From the human T2T-CHM13v2.0 reference genome, Homo sapiens, in assembly GCF_009914755.1 (NCBI RefSeq), contig NC_060929.1: a stretch of 64,000 nucleotides of DNA, one strand, 5' to 3'. Numbering within the stretch: the first letter of the stretch is position 1; each line of letters begins with the position of its first letter. Made by a program: the position numbers and the translations under genes. A model generated the notes under the pieces. That model had not been told where the DNA came from. It searched no databases and was given only the letters and a program-made list of their open reading frames with translations. Below are positions 53,020-64,000 of this stretch, piece after piece.

Positions 53020-55628
53020 TCTGATAAAGAACACCTACAAAAAATATAAAGCTAAGTCATACTTAATGGTGAGAAACTAGAAGCTTTCTCACTAAGATCA
53101 AGAACAAGGCAAACATATCCCCTCTCACCACACATTTTCAACATTCTACTGAAAATTTTAGATAATGCAATAAGAAGAAAAAAGGTACAATAGGCATGCA
53201 GATTGGGAAGAAAGAAAGGAAACTATCTGTATTAACAGATGATATAATTGTCTACTTAAAAAATATCTGAAAACTTTTATTATAAACAAAGCAAAACAAA
53301 ACCCTTCTGGAAGTAATAAGTGATTATAGCAACGTTGAAGGCTATGAAGTTAATATATGATAGTCAATTGCTTTTTTATATACCAGCAATGAACAAGTGA
53401 AATTTGAAGTTAAAATTTCATGATAAGGTATAAATAGAACAAAATTTGTATTAGATTTTTATGAAAAAAACTATCAAATTCTGATGAAAGAAATAAAATA
53501 ATTATTAAGTAAATGGAGAGATATTTCATGTCCACAGATAGGCAAACTCAATGACAAAATGTTCATTTTTTTTCAAATTGATCCATAAATTCAATGCAAT
53601 CCCAACCAAAATCCAAGCAAGTTATTTCATGGATATTGACACACTCATTTTAAAGTTTATATCGAGAGGCCAAAGATTTAGAATAATCAACACAATATGG
53701 AAGTGAGGATGGAAGTCAGAGCACTACACTACCTGACTTCAAGACTAACTACAGGCTTTAGTTTTAGACAGTACGGCAGTGGTGAAAGATTGGAATAACA
53801 CATCAGTGGAGCAGGATAGAGAGTCCAGAAATAGATCCACATGAATATAGTCAAAGATCAACTTTGACAAAGGAGCACAGGCAATGCAATGGAGGGAAGA
53901 TAAATAGTGCAAGGACACTGGACATCTACATCCAAAAAAAAAAGGAATCTAAACAAAGAACTTATACCCTCCAGAAAATTCGATTCAATATAGGTAATAG
54001 ATCTAAATATAAAATTCAAAACTCTACATCTTGTAGCTGATAACATAAGATAAAATCTCTATGACTTTTGGTTTGATGATGACATTTTAGATACAACACC
54101 AAAGATACATTCCATGAAATAAAATTAATAAGCTGGACTTCATTGAAATAAAAAAATTCTGTTATGTGCAAATTATTATGAAGAGAATGAGAAGACAAGA
54201 CACAGATTGGGAAAACATATTTTTTAAAAGGCATAACTTGTAAGGAATTGTTACCTGAAATACACAAAGAACCCTTGAAACTCAATAATAGTAAAGTGAA
54301 CAACCTGATTAAAAAGTGGGCAAAAGACTTGAACAAACACATCTTACCATGGTTACATACAGATGGTAAATAAGCACATAAAAAGATGATCAACATCATG
54401 TTGAAGAATTGCAAATTTAAACAACAATGAGATTCCACTGTGCACCTATTAGAATGGTGCACTGACTTCACCAAAACCCTGACTTCACCAAATACTGGCA
54501 AGAATGTGGAGCAACAGAAACTTTCAGCCATTGTTGCTGGGAATGCAAAATGTATAGCCACTTTAGAAGCCAGTTTGGCAGTTTCTCATGAAATCAAACA
54601 TACTCTTACCACATAATCCAGCAATTGTGCTCTTTTGTGTTTATCCATAAAAATTCAAAGCTTATGTCCACACAAAAACCTGCACACAGATGTTTATAGT
54701 AGCTTTATTTGTAACTGCCACAACTTGGAACCAACCAAGATGTCTTTCAGTTGGTGAACCGACAAATAAACTGAAGTACATTTAGACAATGGAATATTAT
54801 TCAGTGCTAAAAAGAAAGGAGTATTCAAGCCACAAAAAGACATGGAGGAAGGTTGGGGACATTGGCTCACACCTGTCATCCCAGCACTTTGGGAGGCTGA
54901 GATGGGTGAATTGCTTGAACCCAGGAGTTCAAGACCAGCCTGGGCAACATAGTGAGACACTGCCTCTACAAAATGTACAAAAATTAGCCAGGCATGGTGG
55001 TGCACACCTGTAGTTCCAGCTACTTAAGAGGATGAAGTGGGAGGATAGCCTGAGTTCAGGAGATCAAGGCTGCAGTGAGCCATGATTGCACCACTATACT
55101 CCAGCCTGGGTGACAGAGCAAGGCCTTGTCTCAAAAAAAGAAAAAAGACATGGAGGAAATTCAGATGCATATGATGTAGTAAAAGAAGTCAATCTGAAAG
55201 AAGCCAGTCTACATACTGTATGATTCCAGTTATATGACATTTTGAAAAAGGCAAAACCACTGTGGAGATAGTAAAGGGATCAGTGGTTGCCAGGGATTAG
55301 GGGTAAAGAGGGATAAATAGAATGCAGAGAATTTTTAGGGCAGGAAAACAATTTTGTATGTTTATATCATGGTACACACATGTAATTATTCGTCAAAAAC
55401 TATAGAAAGTACACCAAGAGTGAACCCTAGGTAAACTGTGGGTTTTGGGTGATAATGATGTGTCACTGTAGGTTCATGGATTGTAACAAAATAGATTGTA
55501 ACTCTGGTGGGGAATGTTGACAGTGGAGGAGGTTGTCTGTGCTCAAGGAGCATATAGGAATTCTGTACGTTGTGCTCAATTTTGCTTTGATCCTAAAACT
55601 GCTCTAAAAAATAAAGTCTATTTAAAAA
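53020..55628 (+). mobile_element. L1MC1-like LINE: ORF2 3' half plus 3'UTR
   Basis: ATACTTAATGGTGAGAAACTAGAAGCTTT...ACTACCTGACTTCAAGACT...AAAACTGCTCTAAAAAATAAAGTCTAT. Confidence 0.85.
54851..55141 (+). mobile_element. AluJ-type SINE inside L1MC
   Basis: 17-bp TSD AAAAAGACATGGAGGAA at 54834-54850 and 55142-55158. Confidence 0.94.
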
Positions 55629-55959
55629 TAGTACATTTGAAATACTTTGAGTGCCTAGAAGGACAGACTCAAGTCTTAACCATCTCAGTATCCTGGGGTA
55701 AGGATATCAGTATCCTCTGCCTCTCTCTAGGCCATTATTGCTAGGCAGTTTGTATCATATTTTTATTACATATTATAGTTTGTGATAATGGGTCGAGATT
55801 TAAGATTAAGTTGGAATGCAAATGAGGAAAGATATAATTATGAGAATTAAAAGAAAGGAGCTTTCAATTCCTAAATAAATGTGGTTTTGTTTTATTTTTA
55901 AAATCATATATGTATTATTAAAACATATTTAGCAAGATTATTGTGTGAACTATCTTCTT

Positions 55960-56582
55960 TAAAATTTTGATACAATAAATATGTTATACATGTTTTAAAG
56001 AATCCTTAAACAGTGCTACATTCTTGCATTCCTAAAATGAAACTACTTAATCATATTTTATGTATTCAATATGCTGGTAAACTAGATTTGAAAGGACTTT
56101 ATTTAGAACTATTGCTTTCAAATTTTTAAGGCAAAGCAGGCCTTTGTTATACACAGTATACTTTTTTCTGTACAGAGGGAACATCAAAGATTTTATAAGG
56201 ATACTCTTATCTTTAAAATATAGAAAATTGTCACGTTTGCTGTGCTTTGAAACATTTACATATGCTATAAGAATAATATATTATTTGACATTTTTGGCTG
56301 GGCGCAGTGGCTCAAGCCTCTAATCCCAGCACTTTGGGAGGCCAAGGCAGGCAGATCACGAGGTCGGGAGATTGAGACCATCCTGGCTAACATGGTGAAA
56401 CCTCGTCTCTACTAAAAATACAAAAAGAAAAATTAGCTGGGCGTGCTGGTGGGCGCCTGTAGTCCCAGCTACTCAGGAGGCTGAGGCAGGAGAATGGTGT
56501 GAACCCAGGAGGCGGAGCTTACAGTGAGCCGAGATTGCACCACTGTACTCCAGCCTGGGTGACAGAGCGAGACTCCGTCTAA

Positions 56583-56614
<32 letters not shown>

Positions 56615-57240
56615 TAAAGAATAATATATTATTTGACATTTTCACTGATGCTACTTGTAAAACTGTCTAGACCTAAAAAATATTTTGCTGATATCCTATT
56701 TTAACAACACTATCAGTTTCTACACTGGTTTTACATTTAATTTGATTTGATTTTAGTGATCTCGATTGTACTTTCTGAATCTAATACTTTAGGATTTTTC
56801 TAACAGATTAACATTGATTGGAGCATAATGCTAATTTTCTTTTTCTCTGTAGTTATTATTTTATTTCTGTTTTCTTTCTGCTATTTTTAATTAGATTTGG
56901 AAAGGTTTCTTTGTAAATTTTTCATAGAGTCAATACTTTCATTTGCACTATTATTTACATCTTCTTCTCCTTATTTTGTTTTCAATATGTGTGTATTTTT
57001 CCTTTTAATTTGAAAGAATTTAATGCTATGAATTTGCCTCTAACTAAAGCTTTGACTACATTTCATAAGCTTCAACACATAGTATTCTCAAAATTTTATC
57101 TTCTATGAATTGTCTGTAATTTCAAGCTTTTGGAATGTTTCCATTTTCATTATTTAGAAAGGTTAATTTGTTTTTTAAGTTGCTGAAATTTGTGTTACTA
57201 ACACTAGTTCTATTCCACTATGATCAGCGAATATATACTG
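55960..57240 (-). mobile_element. Highly degraded L1M fragment
   Basis: CTTGCATTCCTAAAATGAAACTACTTAATCAT; TTTAATGCTATGAATTTGCCTCTAACTAAAGCTTTGACTACAT. Confidence 0.5.
56296..56616 (+). mobile_element. AluY-type SINE with (AAT)n tail
   Basis: GAGACCATCCTGGCTAACA, GAATGGTGTGAACCC; 26-bp flanking direct repeat. Confidence 0.95.
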
Positions 57241-59850
57241 AATGTCCTGCTTGCTTGCAAATGCCCTACTTGGTTTTCTAAAAGAGAAGAATGGAATTTT
57301 AGGATTGACTCACTCTATAGGCATTAGGTAAAAGCATTCATCTTACCTATTTTTTTCCAGTCTCATTAAGAATTCTGAATTTAAAAGGGCATTGAAATAT
57401 GAATAGGAGCAAGGTCTGTAATTTAAAAGCAGGGTTTATTTTGAAATCCCTTTTGGTGCTATTGTTTCTATATGTTGCTTTCCAACAAATTAAGTTCTGT
57501 ATTCCTGGTGCTTCTTACCTAAGTTGATATGTACCTCCTGCTAGATTTGATGTGTTTATTTGGCGCTAGGAGCTAGCACCTCACCCATTTCTTGATAATC
57601 TTGTGTTTTTGCTGTTGTGACAACTATTCTAGAAAAAGCCATGGTCTGAATTGTTCTTTTATACTAAAAGACAAACTATTTTACACATTTGGGCTAAGCC
57701 TAAGTGGTTACTTCTCTCATATTCTGCTTCTAACTTTCATTCACACTATAATGGTCATTATTGTTTCTAATAAGGAACTATTTGAACTTAATTAATTATC
57801 ATTTAAACTACCTGCTGTTTGTTTGAAGTGAATAGAATATCCAGTGTTTCATCAGATGTAAAATAAGCTATCTTATAATTATTGCTTTAATCTAAAAAGA
57901 AATCAATATGAGGTGATGGTGGCAATTTCTATTTCAGAACAGCATAGAGATTGTTATTTTTTCAAGACTACAGGGTGAATCAATGTTAATTTGCACCTGA
58001 AAACTAAGAATTCTGAGAGCCTCCTTTGTCTCTAGCTAGCTGACCTTCAACCCCAGGTTAAAAAAATAGCAGAAAAAAACTTTCACTTTCTGTTGATTGT
58101 CACCAGCTTAAATATAGTCAAATATACTGTTGTCAGTACATGCCACATCTAAAGAACACTGTTTTAGTATCTATTAAATTGATGATTACAAAGCAAGGAT
58201 TATTTCTTCATGTTTGCAGAGTAGACTCAGAGTAGAGGAGGAACACGTGTGGAAATGAAAATGAATATGCCACTCAGAAATCATGCATCAGCAAAGTAGG
58301 CCAAGTTAAACGTGAGATTTTAATAGCACACTGCTAATTATGCTTCTCTTTCTATATTCCACCACTACATACTTACACATCCCATATAAGAAATGGAACT
58401 TTTTAACATTCCCTAATATTTTAAAGTGATAAGCCGAAATTACCCTTTGGAACACATAATTGTTAGTAATAAAAAGCTGCTACATTTCTATACTATAAAG
58501 ATGTGTTTTGAGCAACAAGCAGATTCTATATCTTAGCTGTTCTTGTGCATCAGTTAAATTAGAATGCTTTGATATGTTAATTATTTATCATTTTAAATTA
58601 TACATCTTCTAAAATCAAAGAAACACATAACCTATAATTTATTATTCATTTAGCATGAAAACTTGTCTTTATGTGGCTGTTTCTCTTCTAGGTACAGAAT
58701 TTTTGTTTTGATGTAAAACTTACCAACATATGGCTTGAAGTACAAGATGGAAATGTTAAAAAAAATGCACACATGAAACCTCAATTATTTGTTCCCCAGT
58801 ACCATTTTATCATTTTATATGTCTTACTGATGTTCTAGGCTCATGCCATTAGGGACAAATATATATATTTGACACTAAATATTTGGATTTAGTTCTTATT
58901 ACAAAATTCACCAATGAATTCAGACAAATACATGAAATGTATAGCAAGTTGAGGTGAATAAAGGGTTCTCTGTAATCAAATGATCAAGATTCTACATTAT
59001 TCTCCATATCCAGTTTGTACTGAAGAGAAATATGTAGCTAGAAAATACAAAATCTTCTACCTTGGTGCTCTTAAACAAAGAAATTATCTAACTAACCATT
59101 TAGTCATGCAAATAAATTAATATGGCACACTTAGCGTTGATGTGTATCTTAGTGATTGCCCAAAGAAATAATAAACATATACAAGCAAAAATTGCCTCCA
59201 TAATTGCAAGATTATTATTATTTAGGAGTATTTATGCAAAAAGTTGAGGATGAAAATACAGAGAAATAATTTCCAACATTATAGCTTTTCCTCCACTTTG
59301 TCTAATGCCGTATTAGAAGTTACAACTGTCTTTTGAGAATACCACATTTATTGAATGCTTAGTAACTATGAAAGCAAACTGTTACACTCCATTTATATTT
59401 TATATTTTTGGGAGTATTTTCTTTACAAATTAAGCTTCAGGCCCTTTTAAATAAAGATCCTTACTCTTCTAATGTGATTATGTCTTAGAATGTCATCCCT
59501 AAAGTGTAACTGTGCTGAGTATATTTTCAAACCCAAAATAGGATCACAAGTGTGAATGCTTATGAAGACAATACAACAGAATACATAGCATTATGACTAC
59601 TTGGGAAATCCAGACCGATGTATTAATCCAAATCCATACCTAATACGTATTTTTCTCAATGTTTTGAAGATACTAAGCCCAAACTCCAGGGAATTTTTCT
59701 AATGTATAAATTTTGTGTACTGTGTCAAATAATTTGAAATGAATATGTGGGTTAGGCACTCTTTGAGAACTTTAAAGCTCATTTACTACAAGCTCAATAA
59801 CTTGAGGCATATAGTGAGAGTAAATCCCAAGGTAGAATAGAGACTCTAAG

Positions 59851-60731
59851 TGTAATAGACAAACTCCATGGTGGCCCCAAATGGTCTCTATCTCCTGGCA
59901 TTCACACCCCAGTGTCATCCCTTGCCCGTAAGTGCAGACTGTATGTGAGGATTCTGTTCTGATGATCAGAATACTGTGTGAGTGATGGGATGTCACTTCC
60001 AGGATCCGGTTGTATAAAGACTATGGAACCCTTATGGGTACTCTTTTTTGTTCTGTCACACATTCCCTCTCTGATGCCTTACACTAAGGGATGAAAACTG
60101 TTATGTTGTAAACAGCCCTAGGTAGAGGCCTGGATTTCTGCCCCATAGAAATTGTGTGTATAGTTCTATCATAAAGACACATGCACATGTATGTTCATTG
60201 CAGCACTATTCGCAATAGCAAAAACATGGTATCAACCTACATGCCCAGCAGTGGTGGACTGGATAAAGAAAATGTGGTACATCTACACTATGGAATACTA
60301 TGCAGCCATAAAAAAGAATGAGATCATGTCCTTTGTAACAACATGGATGGAGCTAGAGGCCATTATCCTAACTGAACTAATGCAGGAACAGAAAACCAAA
60401 TACCACATGTTATCACTTATAAGTGGGAACTTAATATTGAGTACACATGGACACAAAGAAGGGAACAATAGACACTGGGGTCTACTTGAGGGTGAAGGGT
60501 GGGAGGAGGGTGAAGATCACAAAACTGCCTCTAGGATACTGTGCTTATTACCTGGGTGATTAAATAATCTGTAAACCAAACCCCAGTGATATACAGTTTA
60601 CTCATGTAACAAACCTGCTCATGTACCCTAAACCTAAAATAAAATAAAAAATTGTGTGATTAAAAAAGTTTGTTGTTTTAGGCCACTAAATCTTGGGGTA
60701 ATTTGTTTCACTGCAATAGATAACTAACACT
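59851..60731 (+). mobile_element. MaLR LTR (MLT1F-like) interrupted by L1PA
   Basis: TGTAATAGAC...GTGATGGGATGTCACTTCC...GTAATTTGTTTCACTGCAATAGATAACTAA; TSD CTAAG/CTAGG. Confidence 0.75.
60159..60648 (+). mobile_element. 5'-truncated L1PA 3' end
   Basis: ORF 60191-60559 begins with the ORF2 C-terminus (MFIAALFAIAKTW...WYIYTMEYYAAIKKNE); TSD AAATTGTGTG at 60149-60158 and 60649-60658. Confidence 0.93.
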
Positions 60732-61913
60732 CTAGGCAAAAGATACTATAGCAAATGCAGGGACAGGGAGCCTGGGATTCTAAAAACTCATGTAATTCTG
60801 TAGATAAACCTGCTATTGCCATGGTGTGTATAGGAGTTGAGTGGTCTAATGGTCTTTTATGTTAGTCCCAATTCCTGCAAGGATTTTCTGCTATCTTAAA
60901 TCCACTCATAAAACACTCTGCATTTTTCCTATAAAATGCTTGGAGTGAATGAGATAGTCAAGTATTAAAAGACCATTGCCAACCTTTAAAAAAAAATCCT
61001 GTATAAGAACAGCAATATTTTATAAGCACTTATGTAAATCACCTTTACTATTTAGAAAATCAAGATATTGCCTCCAATATATTCCTATAAAAAAATTTTC
61101 CTGATAAAAAGAGCTTTAGAAAGTTTCCTTTGCCAACATTCTATTTCTCCCACCATTTCTTATTATGAGAGATAATAATCATACCTTATACTCTAGGACA
61201 ATAGTTCCTACAACATAAATCATCATAACATTAAATCTTAATATTTATTGCCTGTTCTATCTTGCTGCTGACAGTCCTATTAATGCTTCACTTAGCAAGT
61301 AAAAAAGCAATACCTCAGTACTATATAGTACTAGAGAAGATTGAGAAAACTCTTTGTACACAAATCAGCTGAAAGCATAACTTATCTGTTACAGCACAAG
61401 AAGGTTAAACACGTGGCCATAAAAATCCCTGCAGTCATGGTAACTGGAGTCGAGGTTGCCTCTATTGCTTTAATAAATCCTTTAAGTATGCTTTCAATCT
61501 CTCAACAATTCCTGACAAAGCTTGTGTGCTGTTGTTGTGAATCTGCCTACCTCAAAAGTCCTGATGGTGAATATTTCATGTGGCTTATTACTTCTCTGTG
61601 TTCCCAGTCTAGAAGAGAAGTGAGTATACTGCTTGCTAGTGTTGCTTAATACCTTATTAGTTGAAGATGGATTTGTACTTTCAGCCTTTAGCCACCTAAT
61701 TTCCTGTTATGGAAGATAAAAATTTTCTTTTTGCAAATGATGAATGAGGTGATTATATTTCACAAATTTTAAGGCCACGGACCATTAACTGAATCACTCT
61801 GAGCACTTGTCATTTTACCCATATGTATGTAAAATGAAAAGAGAGGGTTGGGTTGTTGTAGTACCTGACTATTGCCACAAAAAATCCCTCATAAACTCCA
61901 CATGAAAACTTTA

Positions 61914-62151
<238 letters not shown>

Positions 62152-62720
62152 TTAGGTGATTGCTTATAGTGAAATTTGGATTTGAGGTAATTACCTTCTC
62201 GTTATTCTTAGGATCTTTGATAGAGTAAAAACTAGAAAATTATTACAAACCACATTAGGAGGGTATAAATTGATGAGTATATTTGTTCAACTGTGTATGC
62301 CATTTTATTGCCGATTTATGAGATTAGACAAAAAATAACATTGCAACATTAAGAAGAAATGAATTTATTAGGATCCTTTTCTTGCTGGGTATTCCAAGAG
62401 AGATAATTTTGCTCCAGTCTAATGAGCATTGACTCTTATTTCTAGTTTAATGATTATGGCTTGACTTTTCCCAATGACAACTTAAGTCAGGCAACATAAA
62501 CAAAATAATTGTTAAGGTGTCTGTTAAGGAATCGAAATGCAAAAGTCACCACACCTACAACATTAATCCTACCACTTCTTAATCGTAGAGATCCCCCCGC
62601 CCCAACGCCCCCCATCCCCCGATATGGGATCATAAAACCCACACATGACGTAAGTGAGTTTACAAACCTTTAGGCTGATTACATTAACATCAGCTGGAAA
62701 AATAAGAAGACTTCAGCATC

Positions 62721-62757
62721 GGCCGGGCGCGGTGGCTTATGTCTATAATCCCAGCAC
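62721..62757 (+). mobile_element. Isolated Alu 5' end (37 bp)
   Basis: GGCCGGGCGCGGTGGCTTATGTCTATAATCCCAGCAC followed by non-Alu sequence. Confidence 0.85.
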
Positions 62758-63074
62758 GGGCTTTCAAGATGGATGGAGCGCTGGTGTAGGCAGCCTTAGC
62801 CAGACACTCTGCTCCTTTACATTGAAAACCAATTGGATGCTTAATCTTCAGAATGTTGCCCTCTTCAACCTCTTCCTCTTTATCTCTTCTGTTTTGCTGT
62901 GTCTCACTGATTTAACAGATTTTATATTTAGGTATTAGACCTATTATATTTCTTTAATCTGATATATGCAATTTCTAATAATTACTATGCAACATTCAGA
63001 GGTCTTAAATTTCTTTACTTAATTTGCTGGTTATTAGATTTCCTAGGTTTCTTAAAAGATGCAAGTTTAGGTTA

Positions 63075-63476
<402 letters not shown>

Positions 63477-64000
63477 AAATAACCCTGTCATCTTTTCAGT
63501 TTATAGAATAGGGTAGAACAAATCCAGAGAGACTTATTTTTTGCTATTGCTTTTACTAATAAAAATCAAATTACAGAACATCCATTAAAAATTTTACTTA
63601 AATAATCTGCTGACCCCATGGTGCATTCCTCCTCCGGTTGGGTGTAAACCTGCTGTGGTAGAATAAAGGTAGATTAGGAAGGTGTTTCAAACCAGGTGTC
63701 CAGACTGTTCAAACCTGGCACCAAGAGTCTTTGGGCTTTTGCCTCCTTCCAGGAAGCAATGTCAACGAGGAGATCAGGCCAAGAAATGAAGATATCCACC
63801 TTCATAAGACATGTTAAGGGTTGAAGATGTTCTCAAACACCGAGACTTAGAGTCAAAATCTTAAACATAACCAAACTAATCAAGTAACCAACAGAAACAA
63901 AAATAATATCAAAAGCCTTCCTTCCTTTGCTTCTTCTGATTCTACCTAAGTTTTTATTCAGTGCCTCCCATAAGGTGGTCTTTCAATGTCACCTGTTCTG

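Noticed and set aside
54016-54561. Longest ORF in the track (181 aa)
   Set aside because: Antisense reading of degraded L1MC ORF2
60191-60559. 122-aa ORF with real protein similarity
   Set aside because: L1 ORF2 C-terminus running into the 3'UTR of a truncated L1PA
61317-61332. Perfect 16-bp palindrome AGTACTATATAGTACT
   Set aside because: 8-bp arms are expected by chance roughly once or twice in 64 kb of AT-rich DNA; no independent support

Overview
AT-rich, CpG-depleted primate genomic DNA; AluJ/S/Y, L1PA, MER4A1 and HERV-L point to a simian, probably human or ape, source. It looks intronic or intergenic. I find no recognisable protein-coding gene: the ORFs I examined are repeat-derived, low-complexity or match nothing I recognise. 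The main element is an internally deleted HERV-L provirus (8330-12226) with MLT2A1-type LTRs, a tRNA-Leu PBS, broken gag, integrase tail and dUTPase, and a 5-bp TSD. The window also holds about 17 Alu copies or fragments, several L1s, solo LTRs, MER DNA transposons, L2/MIR relics and microsatellites. The most distinctive signal is a set of fold-back (template-switch) scars. Four lie in the HERV-L: one builds an inverted pair of DUX4-like motifs in the 5' LTR, one inverts the 3' LTR poly(A) signal, one sits at the pol deletion junction, and one is a short scar in the 3' LTR. Others are an inverted copy of flanking DNA at an AluY 5' junction and a 54-bp templated duplication. Speculative calls include minus-strand lncRNA exons and enhancer-like unique blocks. 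Repeat family names come from my recollection of consensus sequences, not from a RepeatMasker/Dfam run. I see no convincing evidence for a new gene system.
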